A DNA stretch of 57,382 bases from Octopus sinensis (GCF_006345805.1 NW_021833628.1:1-57382); one strand, 5' to 3'. Counted from the stretch's first letter, positions 1 through 11,676 are shown. Notes: generated by a model from the letters alone, not told the origin. Translations and numbers: made by a program.

Positions 1-289
1 TGGCCAGTGTAATCATGAGGAAGAGAGTTCGTTTCCCGGCCTGGGGTGTGTGTTGTATTCTTGAGCGAAACATTTTATTTCACGTTGCTCCAGCTCACTT
101 AGCTGTAGAAATGAATTACGATGCTACTAGTTTCAAGCTGTAACCGCTTTTGCCTTTCCCTTGGCTAAAATCAGTGGCGTGGAGACTGAAGACCGGTATG
201 CATGGACGACTGCTGGTCTTCCGTAAAAAAAGCCTTGTCCGGACTTGCGCTTGGGAGGGTAACTTTCTAGGTGCAATCCCATGGTCATA
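1..289 (+). mobile_element. tRNA-headed SINE, family C (head runs off the window start, decayed)
   Basis: Colinear with 28691-29012 (TGTGTTGT.TTCTTGAGC.A.ACA.TTTATTTCACGTTGCTCCAG...AACTTTCTAGGTGCAATC.CATGGTCAT); B-box-like GAGTTCGTTTCC near position 25. Confidence 0.8.
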
Positions 290-867
290 CAGGCAAATAA
301 AAAAAACAAATAAACATGATAATCAACTAAAGACAATTTGAAGCACGCAATGAATATCTAGATTAACGCTCATGAACATGTGTGTATGTCATGTGCCTGC
401 ATACACGCATCTATGTGTGTGTGTATATGTGTGTACATGCGGGTATATTTCGTGTCCTCTTTAAAACAGGACTGTTGAAATTTTGTAAAATAAGTCAATT
501 TTTGTAATAAACAAAAGGATTTGAACCATGAAATTGGTAATAATGTGGAGAGAAGCTAATTTGTAATTCATACTGTGATAGAAGATTTTCTTTGTTTTGT
601 GGGTATATATTTGTACGTATATGAATATGCGTGCGTGTGTCTATACCCCTATATGTGTGGACATGTGTTCGCCTGTTGATTGTCGGAAGACGAGTATCTC
701 TGGGTATCGTATTATTTTCCACATCTTATTTTCACCGTCTCTCTCCCTCTTTCACTTTATATGTATGTATGTATGTATGTATGTAATAGAGATAATATAT
801 AAATATATGCATATATATATACATATATGTACATACCTATATATATATATACGTATATATATATATA

Positions 868-965
868 TGCATATATGGGTACGGGACATAAAAAAACGTT
901 GAACACAATGAGAATCGAAAATAACAAATAACATAAAGTGAGCTTTTTTTCGAACAACGAAAAAA
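868..965 (-). repeat. 3' terminus of a T-rich interspersed repeat abutting (TA)n
   Basis: Reverse complement reads TTCTCATTGTGTTCAACGTTTTTTTATGTCCCGTACCCATATATGC, matching 45633-45681 TTTCTCATTGTGTTCGACGTCTTTTTGGTGTCCTGTACTCATATATGC. Confidence 0.7.
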
Positions 966-1039
966 ATAGAGAAACGAGACATGCAACACATAAATGTGTA
1001 TATATATGCATATATTATGTATATATTCATAATATAGAT

Positions 1040-1075
1040 TTGTATATATATATAATATATATATATAATATATAT

Positions 1076-1106
<31 letters not shown>

Positions 1107-1166
1107 ATGTATATATATATGTGTATATATATATGTGTATATATATATATGTTATAATATATGTAT

Positions 1167-1244
<78 letters not shown>

Positions 1245-1260
1245 ACATCTATATAGATAG

Positions 1261-1307
<47 letters not shown>

Positions 1308-1336
1308 TATATATACCCACACACACACACACACAT
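1040..1336. repeat. Interrupted (TA)n plus (CA)n microsatellite
   Basis: Seen directly; source of the YI-repeat ORFs. Confidence 0.95.
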
Positions 1337-1393
1337 AGAAACATACGAAAATAGAATTTGAAAATGCACTACTCGGGTGAGTAGGTAACCTTC

Positions 1394-1925
1394 AATATAG
1401 GCAAGTATTTCTTAGCACTGATAGATAGACACTTTCCAGTCAGCCATACTTACAGGAAGCTCTTCAATAGACACACTTAAAAATCAGTTTCAGCTCAACT
1501 ACCAATTTTGAAAATATAATCGCACACAACACACAAAAACCACAATACGAAACCAGTTGTTCATGCAGGGATAAAACTTTGTGTCTGCTAAATGGAGCTT
1601 GCATTATGAAGCCACCGTGGACTCTATATCCACTAAAGACACGGTTTCGGCGAAGAAATGCGTGGGCCTTACAGAGGGTAATTTCAAGGCCAGGTTCGAT
1701 AATCACACCTTGAGCTTTAGGCACTGGGATAAAAGGAAAACGACCAAATTATCCAGTCATATATGGTCATTAAAAGATAAAGTTATCAGTTACAACATCT
1801 ATTGGAAAATTTTAGCCAAGTCTAATCCCTACACCAACGGCAGCGGAAAGTGCGGTCTACGTGATATGGAAAGTTGGCTCATCTGAAAAAGCAGCTTAGA
1901 CCCTGCCACATGTCTGAATTTGAGG
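1394..1925 (+). pseudogene. Penelope-like element C-terminal region with GIY-YIG endonuclease, frameshifted
   Basis: Manual translation: [28 protein letters not shown] / [18 protein letters not shown] / SCSCRDKTLCLLNGAC / YEATV...KCVGLTEGNFKARFDNHTLSFRHWDKRKTTKLSSHIWSLKDKVISYNIYWKILAKSNPYTNGSGKCGL. This matches the PLE pattern NIGxxFLxLIDKHFP...KISYS...CNCRxKxxCPLxGxC...YIGxTExxFKxRYxNHxxSF...LSxYIWxLK...WKI. Confidence 0.9.
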
Positions 1926-3020
1926 ATCATGCTCACATTTGGCCAAATAATTGTTACGTTTTTGGTCCCCGCTAGACTACAGATACAACTTGCTTTCTAT
2001 ATTGTGTCCACGCACAAGCTTTTTATCTCTTTATACCTTTTACTTATATTTCTTATATATTTTTTATTATATCTATATTTTTATACATATATTTCTTACA
2101 TATTTATAGAGATTTTGGTTTATAAGTTTATTGCTTATATATTTTTTACACATAATTTTTTCTGTATTCTACCTTCCACCCTGCATTTTTCCCTGTGCGT
2201 ATATCGACGTGTATATGGAATATTTTGTGCGCGCGTGTGAATGTGTGCGTGTGTGTGGGTATGTGTGTATATAGATGTGTGCGTGTGTGCGCGCATGCGA
2301 ATACGTGCATATATAGACGTATTTTACGCAGTATTTTTACATATTTTCCTGTATTTTTGTCCTTAGCCCTGTTTTTTCTTGTGTTAGACGTATGTATAAT
2401 CCTTTTTGTGCGTGCGTGTGTGTGTGCGTTATAGACGTGTGCGGGTATGTGCGTATATGGGCGTGTGTGTGTGTGCATAAGGACATGTGCGTATATAGAC
2501 GTGGTTTACTCTTTGTATACTCCCTTATACCTTTTTCCTGTATTGTTACCCTTAACCCTGTTTTTTCTTGTGCCTGTGCATATGTAGACGTGTGTATGAA
2601 CCTTTATGATGCGCGTGTGCGTGTGTGAGTTTGTATGTATATGCATATACATTTGGCGAAGGATAGGAGTGAGGATGTGTACGTTTTCAAGTGAGGGTGG
2701 ATGAATGCATAGTTTTAGGCGCACGTACGTGGGTGTGCGGGCGCACAGGTGTAGGCATGAACAGGCGCGCTTACGCCAATATTATGAAATTTTTACCCCC
2801 TTACTTTACTCCCTCACTTAGCGATCATTCGAATTGCTCTTTTGTCTTAATAACGGACAATCACACAGTAATTTCCCTTTGTATAGCAGTCATTTTTCAT
2901 AGCACCTTTCCGATGGCCGGATAACTGAAGAGATGGTGGCGTGAATTTCCACCTCGGCATCCGAAACTCGGAGTTTTATCATTGCTTCCAAATAATTGTC
3001 ACATATTACATTCACACATA
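1926..3020 (+). mobile_element. Probable 3' UTR / pLTR of the PLE, with degenerate ~190-bp repeats and a hammerhead near its end
   Basis: Follows the GIY-YIG frame; motif TTTTCCTGTATT..T.CCTTA.CCCTGTTTTTTCTTGTG recurs near 2345 and 2533, with a weaker copy near 2160; ends at (CA)n. Confidence 0.55.
2920..2980 (+). ncRNA. Candidate type I hammerhead ribozyme
   Basis: GATAA-CTGAAGA-[GATG GTGG..CCAC..CATC]-C-GAA-ACTC G GAGT-T-TTATC. Helix I GATAA/TTATC is a perfect 5 bp, the core CUGANGA/GAAA is intact, and helix III is near-palindromic. Confidence 0.7.
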
Positions 3021-3021
3021 T

Positions 3022-3064
<43 letters not shown>

Positions 3065-3100
3065 TGCACACACACACACATGCACACACACACACACATA
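3021..3100. repeat. (CA)n microsatellite
   Basis: Seen directly. Confidence 0.95.
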
Positions 3101-4181
3101 TGAATGTGTAGCACGACGTTACCTAGAGTGGAAAATGTGGTCTGCCCTGCGGTAGCGTCACATGTCGATGGACCAACGGTCCAGTTAAGGTGGTTAGTGA
3201 TCTCAACTGGAATAAGGTTACGAGCAGGTTGGTCAGCATTTCATAGAAATTGGCGAGTAAGTGGAAGTTATAGATTATTGTTTGAAAGTGGTACTTTGCC
3301 AAAATCTGAAGATGACATGTCTCCAGTGTTTTGTCCTATGTTTCTTGCAGAAAGTTGTTGGCAATTCGCAAAATTAATGATACGAGCAGTCCAGTGATTC
3401 AGTTCTACCTCAAGATTAAAGACGGAACGAGAGTTGGATATTATCAGCAATGTGTGACTTAGCGGCTTTTTTATAATCAGATCAGAAAATTATACAACAG
3501 AAACATCACTCCTACACGATTGACAACCATTATTGATTTCATTACGTTCCTGTAACTTTGAGATACGGCATAAGACAACGATGGAAACGTGAAAATAAGA
3601 ATGCGGGTCGATTTGTTAAACTAAAACCTTCAAAGCAGTATCCCAAAATGGCCGCTCATTGTTCAATCGCTGAAAAAAGAAGATAAAAGAAATAAAAATA
3701 TCGAAAGTATGTATGTGTGTAGGTGTGTTTAGCCATCCAAATATGTATGTATGCACGCATGTATGTGTCTATGTATGTATGTAAGTATGTATGTATGTAT
3801 GTATGTATGTATGTATGTATGTATGTATGTATGTATGTATGTATGTATATGTTTGTATACACTGGAGTGAGGCGTGAAACAACGTTACTCCTGACTTGAA
3901 ATTACGTAGCAAAGGGAGGTAATTTAATACTGACGGGAATTTAATCCAGTAATCAACAGTTGCTGGTATTCACCATATTGTCTCTCCCTGTTCTTAATAA
4001 ATCATGACAATAATAGGATAATAACATCTGGAAACAACTTTTTTTTTGTAATTCCTTCGTTGCTTTCTCCTTCAATAATACTTCCGTCTTTCTGAATTTC
4101 TCGAAATTCGAATACTCTCTGAAAGCGAACCCAACTTCTCATTCATATTTTAAATTTGGTCATATGTATTTTGCTTGTGCG

Positions 4182-4225
<44 letters not shown>

Positions 4226-4244
4226 GTATATATAGATAGATGTA

Positions 4245-4573
4245 AATATATATATATAGATATAGATATAGATTTAGATATATATATATATACACACACA
4301 ATTATGTATGAGCATGTATATCTGTGTATGTGCGTATTGGAGCTTCCGGCGTGAATGCCAAGCAGTACAGCATGTTTTTTTTCTAAATTTCTAGCAGAAT
4401 GAAGTGCATCATACTTCTGCCTTTCTCACACACCGTGCCCAACTGACCCTACAGTCGACAAAATCAAAAACAAACAATGTGCATACGTAAATTAAAAATA
4501 TAAAATGGCGATAATTTTCCCATCGCATACTGTATCTATACACACATATTATATAGATATATACATATTACAT

Positions 4574-4616
<43 letters not shown>

Positions 4617-4962
4617 TACACACACACACAAATATATATATATAGATATAGATATAGATTTAGATATATAATATATATACACACACAATTATGTATGAGC
4701 ATGTAATAGTTGTGTTGTGCGTATTGGAGCTTCCGGCGTGAATGCCAAGCAGTACAGCAATGTTTTTTTTCTAAATTTCTAGCAGAATGAAGTGCATCAT
4801 ACTTCTGCCTTTCTCACACTGCCGTGTGCCCAACTGACCCTACAGTCGACAAAATCAAAAACAAACATGTGCATACTAAAATTAAAAATAAATGGCGATA
4901 ATTTTCCCATCGCATACTGTATCTATACACACCATATTATATAGATATATACATATATACAT

Positions 4963-5015
<53 letters not shown>
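4245..5015 (+). repeat. ~386-bp direct tandem duplication (2 copies), each ending in (TA)n(CA)n
   Basis: GGAGCTTCCGGCGTGAATGCCAAGCAGTACAGCA...GGCGATAATTTTCCCATCGCATACTGTATCTATACAC occurs twice at an offset of ~386-390. Confidence 0.95.
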
Positions 5016-5028
5016 ATATATAATATAT

Positions 5029-5080
<52 letters not shown>

Positions 5081-5183
5081 ACTAGCATATTATATTTATA
5101 TGTATAGTAGACAGGAACTGAAAAAGGCCCGTTGTATATATGTATATATGTTTGTGTGTGTGTATATGTATATATACATGTAT

Positions 5184-5236
<53 letters not shown>

Positions 5237-5839
5237 ATATATAATATATACATTTACACATACAGATATATATATTTATATATAAATACATATTTTCCAC
5301 AGCTTTCCGATATGACATATATAAAGAACATATATAAAGAGTTAATTACTTAATTTAATAATTTAATTTACACTCTGATTATCGAAATTAAAAAGAAAAA
5401 AGTCTAAACTCATTAGTGCCATCATGCGCGCGGGCAGGGACACACTCACATACACATATATGTATGCATATATTTGTAAACAGAGGGGCGCTTTTCTTTC
5501 AAACATATGTTCAAAACATGATTGTGTTAAAGTATGGCATTTTTTGCTGTTTATGAATTTTCATGTTTTCTTATTAGTCTCTTATGTTTTTATTGAAACA
5601 ATAATGTTCCTAAGCCTATTAGGCTGATATCTCCAGACCTGCATAATCTGTTGTTAATGGTGTGTAGCCCGTGCGTGTTGTCGTAAGTCGCAAAGGGTCA
5701 TGGAAATAATTTTACAAGTGATAAAATCAACAAGATTGTATTTAAAATTATATAACGTTAAGTTCTGGCAGATTTCTGATGTCATCATATTCGTTTTACG
5801 TGTGGTATAGCTGTGCGTTATTTTAAGCTCGTATTCTAA

Positions 5840-6035
5840 GGCGGCAAGTTGGCAGAATCGTTAGCACGCCGGACAAAAATGCTTAGAGACATTTTGTCCG
5901 TCTTTACGTTCTCAGTTCAAATTCTGACGAGGTCATCTTTGCCTTTCATTCTTTTGGGGGGGTCGATAAAACAAGTACCAGTTGAGCATCGGGGTCAATT
6001 TTATCGACTACTACTCTCTCCTAAAAATCTTAGGT
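5840..6035 (+). mobile_element. tRNA-headed SINE, family B
   Basis: GGCGGCAAGTTGGCAGAATCGTTAGCACGCCGG head, GTTCAAATTC B-box, CTTTGCCTTTCAT..GGTCGATAAA..AAGTACCAG body; homologous to 30582 and 36097. Confidence 0.85.
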
Positions 6036-6509
6036 CATATGGATATTGTAGAATATAATTTCGGCTCGTATTTTGCATTTTGCAAATCGCAACAATTCTG
6101 CATTAAAAGTCTGTTAACTAAGTTACCATCGAAAAATGCAAGACTGAGAAATAAGTTAGCTTCAATACAAGGAAAATAGCGGTTTTATCCATTAGTGGGA
6201 AGGCTCACTTAATGTTTTGCTTAAAAGATTGGTTCATTCAATAACAGAAAACATACTAGAGTGAGGGTTGGTTTCGGCAGCGACATGATATTCGTTATTA
6301 TGAGATTTCAGAAGGAATATAAGGAGCAATATCAAGAACTTTTCATTGAATTTGTGAATCTTTTAGAGCAGTTTGTAGCTGTAAACAAGGAACTTTCTTC
6401 AGTTGTTCTCAAAAAGAATGCCCCCTTATCCAGATTCGCGAATTTGCATAGGACGGGCAGAAACATGAACTTTACTGTTAAATGTTATTTAAGTAAGGCT
6501 CTGTGTTGG

Positions 6510-6970
6510 CTCCTATTTAGAGCACAGTTTAAGCTATCTTTTCGTGGAAGAAGGTTTATGTTCCTATAACCTGTGTTAATTCTGTAACCCTATAAAATGG
6601 AAGATAAGAAAGTTCATTTTCAGCACTTGATGCTTTGGGAAATTGCTGCAGCTAGGCCGGGATGTGTTACCCCACCCTCCATATTCACCAGATATTGCTC
6701 CTTCGGATTTCCACTTATTCAGGTCTCTGCACAATAGTCTTAATGGTAAAAATTTCAATTCCTTGGATGACATAAAAAGATACCTTGATGAATTCTTTGC
6801 CATGAAACCACGTCAGTTCTGGGAAGAGGGTATTTTCAAATCAAAGGAAAGATGGAGACACATTGTGCAACAAAATGGTTCATATTTGGTTGATTAAAAA
6901 TGTAATGGCAAGTATTTATTGGCATTTTTCTTTCTTTCAAAAATCGGCACGAACTTTCCGGATAACCCTA
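6510..6970 (+). mobile_element. Internally deleted mariner, 5'-truncated
   Basis: N-terminus MEDKKVHFQHLMLW fused to C-terminus DVLPHPPYSPDIAPSDFHLFRSLHNSLNGKNF...WRHIVQQNGSYLVD* (ORF 6643-6897); right TIR AAATCGGCACGAACTTTCCGGATAACCC at 6941. Confidence 0.92.
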
Positions 6971-6981
6971 TCTATCTATCA

Positions 6982-7071
<90 letters not shown>

Positions 7072-7085
7072 ATATATATATATTA

Positions 7086-7121
<36 letters not shown>

Positions 7122-7194
7122 GGTTCTCTTTTTGTCTTTTTGCTTAAATACTCTCCTTCAAACACTGATGCGTCGAAATCGACGGGAGCGACCA

Positions 7195-7225
<31 letters not shown>

Positions 7226-7260
7226 CATACATACATACATACATACATACATACATACGT
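6970..7260. repeat. (TCTA)n, (TA)n, (TATG)n and (TACA)n microsatellite cluster
   Basis: Seen directly. Confidence 0.9.
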
Positions 7261-7589
7261 ACATATATATGTGTGTGTATCTGTCTGTGTTTTTAAATAT
7301 TATGTCGCAATACGTGGAACACATTACATACAACTAATAACTCAAATACATAACAGCGTATGCAAGTAAGAGGTGACGACCATTTACATCAACTGATTCG
7401 TTCCAGATGCTGCTTAATAAAGTAAACCGATGCCAGGCCTTCCTCCCCAACGTCTTGCCCCTTCTGCTTCCAGTTCGCAGATGTTGCCGTGTTTGACCCT
7501 TAAATAACACAATACAATTTAGATTCTATTTAATGGGTCATCTACTTTTAATTTATTTATTTGGATTCCTTCGTAGTACAGTTTTTTGA

Positions 7590-7745
7590 TGGTATGATGG
7601 CGGTGGTGAAATGGTGAAGATTACTGTGGTGGTTGCGGTCATGGTAATCGTCGTCGTCGTCCTCGTAATTGTGGTAGTGGTGGTGATACTAGCGATGTGG
7701 TTGCGTGGTGGCGGAGTGGTTATATACGAATGGTGACGGTGGTGG

Positions 7746-7783
<38 letters not shown>

Positions 7784-8096
7784 GGGATAGTGGGGGATCT
7801 CGGTAAGATCATGGTGTGTTGATGGTGGTAGTCGTAGGAGTTATGGTAGTTATGGTAGTGGTAGTAGTGTTGGTGATGTTGGTTATGTCGTCATCATGGC
7901 AGGGATGGTGATAGCGGTGGTGTGTTGGTAATATTCATCGTGGTTGTTGTGGTAGTAGCAGTAGTGATAGTAGTAGTAGTAGTAGTAGTAGCAGCAGGAG
8001 TAGTCGCAGTAATAGTAGCAGTAGTAGTAGTAGCAGTATTAGTAGTAGTAGTAGTAGTAGTAGAAGCAACAGTAGTAATTGTAGTAGTAGTTGTAT

Positions 8097-8127
<31 letters not shown>

Positions 8128-8159
8128 TTTAATAGTATTATTATTATTATTATTATTAT

Positions 8160-8231
<72 letters not shown>

Positions 8232-8830
8232 CAGTAGTGATTGTAGTGAATGTAATTGTGATGGAGGTGGTGGTGTTATTGATACTGAAGTGGTGGTGTA
8301 TCACAGGTGCTCGTCGCTCGGGTGGTAGTGGTGGTGGTAATGCTACGGTAGTAGTGGTATTAGAGGTGGTAAGCTGGTGGTGTTGATGAGGGTAGTGTTA
8401 AGGGTGGCAAGTATTGGTATTTATGATTCTGCTGGTAGTGGTGGCGACGATGGTGTTGGTGGTAGTGGTCGTGACGATGGTGGTGGTGGTGTTGGTCGTG
8501 GTGATGGTTGTAGCGATAGCGACGATGGAGACGTTGGTGAATGTAGTATAGGCACTAGAGTAGTAGTGACAGTTGGGGTTATGGTGATAGTTGTAGTGGT
8601 AACGGTGATGATTATGGCTGCGGTAGTGGTGGTGAAAATATTTGTGATGGTGTTAGATAAAGTAGCGAAGGTGATGGTGGTGGTGGTGGTGGTGACTGTG
8701 ATGGTATTAGTTGTAGTTATAATGGTTGTGGGGATGATGCTGATGGATGTAGTGGTGATGAAGATAGCTGTGGTAGTGATGGTCATGGTTGTGGTGGTGG
8801 TGATGGTGGTGACGGGAATGGTATTGGTAG
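7590..8830. repeat. ~1.2-kb degenerate G/T-rich trinucleotide low-complexity tract (GTA/GGT/GAT/ATT)n
   Basis: Seen directly; produces spurious poly-V and poly-T ORFs. Confidence 0.92.
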
Positions 8831-8933
8831 AAGAAAGAGTGTGGTGCAGGGGGTGGGGTGTTATCTTCTTTGAACGACAATATTATTCATAGGAAACTGA
8901 CGGAAACCTAGATGTCTGACAAATATGCACGAT

Positions 8934-9037
8934 CTTCTTCTTCTTCTTCTTCTTCTTCTTCTTCTTCTTCTTCTTCTTCTTCTTCGTCTTCTTCTTCTTC
9001 TTCGTCTTCTTCTTCTTCTTCTTCTTCTTCTTCTTCC
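8934..9037. repeat. (CTT)n microsatellite with occasional CGT units
   Basis: Seen directly. Confidence 0.95.
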
Positions 9038-9099
9038 TCCCCCCCTTCTTTACAATGAAAAAATAATAATAATCCTTTCTACTATAGACACAAGGTTTG

Positions 9100-9256
9100 A
9101 AATATTTTAGGGGAGGGGACGACTTGATTACATCAACCCCAGTGTTTCACTGGTACTTAATTTATCAACCTCGAAGAGATGAAAGACCAAGTCGACCTCC
9201 GCTGAATTTGAACTCATCACGGAGGGACGGGCGAAATACTGCTAAGCATTTCGTCC
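9100..9256 (-). mobile_element. Family B SINE lacking its 5' head
   Basis: Reverse complement: GGACGAAATGCTTAGCAGTATTTCGCCCG...GAGTTCAAATTCAGCGGAGGTCGACTTGG..TTGATAAATTAAGTACCAG. Confidence 0.8.
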
Positions 9257-10413
9257 AGACAATGGAATTTACTATGTTACGAGACAATGGAATTTACTAT
9301 GTTACGCCAGACTTCACGGTCCATCATAGCATTACGGAGGTCCTGTTGCTGGATGCCTGTATCCCTGGAGATTACATTAGGGTAGGAGAGTGTGCGCCCT
9401 CTGGTATTGCGAGTAGATGGCTTCCAGAGGAGAAGAGTAGAAATTACTTCTTTTTCAGCTCTACAACAATGTTCAGCAAACTGGACTCTCCTACCTTTCA
9501 CAAGAGATGACACAGGTGGTAGTTTCCCATATATTTGCATTTTGGTTGGATGGCGCTTCCACGAGAGATTTTGAGCTCTCATAAGGAGGCGAGTGTAGGT
9601 TCCATCCAACCGCCTCTCAAGCTTCTTTGATAACGTCCAGGTTTCTGAGCCATATAGTAGAATTGGTTCGACTGTGGCTTTGAAGATTTCAAGTTTGAAG
9701 TCTCTACTTATATTTGATGACCAGATCTTATGCATGTCATTACAGGCTGACCAGGCCATACCCTTTCTAGTTCGAAAGTCTTTTCCAGATGATGATATGT
9801 ATGACCCAAGATATTTATAATCAGAAACCATATTTAAAGGCGCACTGTTGAGAGTATGGATGATGCAATCACTGTTGGACAGGCACTTATTTATGTATTC
9901 AGTTTTGGCCTCATTCAGGTAAAGACCTACACAGTTTGAGGCTTGTTCAAGAGATTGTAAAAGAGACTGGGCATTGGAGAGAGAATCACTGATAAGAGCG
10001 ATGTCGTCAGCAAAGTCAGTGTCTGTCAAGTACTCAGCTGGGTGTCTGGAACTTCTTCTTGGTTTTATTTCAAAGCCTTTGCCAGAGATGGTATCAACTG
10101 ACATACGTAGCACATAATCAACAACAATGATGAAAAGAAATGGGGCGAGTGTGTCTCCCTGCAGTATTCCGGTTTTGATTGAGAAAGATGATGTTTCTCC
10201 ATCAGGGGTTAAGATGGTTGAAGACGTATCTGTGTAGAGGACCTTGATGGCAGAAATAATTTTGTCTGTTATCCCATAAAGCTTAAGGATTTCAAACATC
10301 TTGTACCTATCTACAGAATCGAACGCTTTAGAAAAGTCTACAAATACCATTGCAAGATCGCGATTAAATGCTTTTGATTCTTCAATAAGTCTGCGCAGGC
10401 ATAGTATCTGGCT
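9257..10413 (-). mobile_element. RTE-clade non-LTR retrotransposon, 5'-truncated, apparently young
   Basis: Contains the RT ORF below; upstream in-frame SQILCLRRLIEES marks the 5' truncation at ~10413; 25-bp tandem duplication at the 3' junction. Confidence 0.92.
9277..10350 (-). CDS. Reverse transcriptase (RTE-type LINE ORF, C-terminal 357 aa, not a full protein)
   Basis: Motifs FVDFSKAFDS, GILQGDTLAPFLF, DFADDIAL, YKYLGS, ILLYGSETW; no stop or frameshift. Confidence 0.9.
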   Translation of the reverse strand: MVFVDFSKAFDSVDRYKMFEILKLYGITDKIISAIKVLYTDTSSTILTPDGETSSFSIKTGILQGDTLAPFLFIIVVDYVLRMSVDTISGKGFEIKPRRSSRHPAEYLTDTDFADDIALISDSLSNAQSLLQSLEQASNCVGLYLNEAKTEYINKCLSNSDCIIHTLNSAPLNMVSDYKYLGSYISSSGKDFRTRKGMAWSACNDMHKIWSSNISRDFKLEIFKATVEPILLYGSETWTLSKKLERRLDGTYTRLLMRAQNLSWKRHPTKMQIYGKLPPVSSLVKGRRVQFAEHCCRAEKEVISTLLLWKPSTRNTRGRTLSYPNVISRDTGIQQQDLRNAMMDREVWRNIVNSIVS

Positions 10414-11207
10414 CTACTACACTAGACAAATCACGTTTAACTGTTCATGTACATATACATATATCTATATATGTGTGTGTGTGTATTTGAATATATGTAT
10501 ATTCATAAACAAGGAGTAAGGTAGATACCACTCGACCAAATAATATTTCAATTTAAATTCATCAAAGCAAAATATAAATTTAGAACTCGTTGGTTGCCTT
10601 AAAATCTAATTCCACCATGACAAATATTTTAATCTTAGATAATGGATATTTGTGAAAATATATTTATATATATTTATATATTTTTATGGATATTTAAACT
10701 TCATAGCATTACCTACATTATTACATATGATGTTTAATAGAGAGTAACTCTTAATAATACGAATTACTGTTGCCTACCGACGTACAATGGTTTACGTCGG
10801 TATAATAGTCATTGATCTCACTGTAAATTCAGGTTTTAATTTATAGTCAGTTATGATTTTTATTTTAATGTTCTTTTTAACTATTAATATTTATGAAAAT
10901 ATATACAGCTGGTCCCTCTCCATATGAATATGTTAAGGTACTTACCATTACCTCATTTGTTAACTAGTGTGTTAGAAAAAAGGATACTTCCAGTTTTAGC
11001 ACTATGATACGTTTGAGCTGGAGTTTACAGACATTCATTCAATATAGATTACAATGACTATCTGTTAGAAGTGAAACCGGTGAAGGTTAATGCATTTCGG
11101 ACAATTTGATTAATTACAATGCAAAAGAAATAATATTCTTTCTTCGTGCTATTTTTATATCTGGAGGCTGGTGCATGACATTTCCTTATACATACATACA
11201 CATATAC

Positions 11208-11250
<43 letters not shown>

Positions 11251-11642
11251 CTGTATGTATGTTTGTGAATGTATATATATATACATGTTCGCGTATATAC
11301 ATGTATGTGCGCACAAAAATTGGCAGATATGCATAGATAAATATACATATATACTTACATATCAAAATAAGCAACAACGTTATCCAGAGGCAATACAGTA
11401 TGTTCGTTTCAAGCAACTCTACTTAATTGAACAATGTAACCATTACATCAATTTAAATGCAGAACAATACACTCTGTTGCATAAAGACATAGAATTTAAT
11501 TAAATTAAAACAGATGGACATATTAGTATAATTTTACCTAAAATCTCCAAGAAGGTAAGGAGATATACATATATATATGCATGAATATATATTTGGGAGT
11601 CTTTGCTTGACAACTGAGTCTGGTGTGTATATATATATATAG

Positions 11643-11676
<34 letters not shown>

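Noticed and set aside
3104-3450. Overlapping 97-aa (+) and 60-aa (-) ORFs
   Set aside because: No recognisable motif or splice context; left unannotated.
7894-8892. Poly-Thr / poly-Val ORFs resembling mucin or a membrane protein
   Set aside because: Trinucleotide low-complexity DNA open on both strands; no flanking domain or splice structure.
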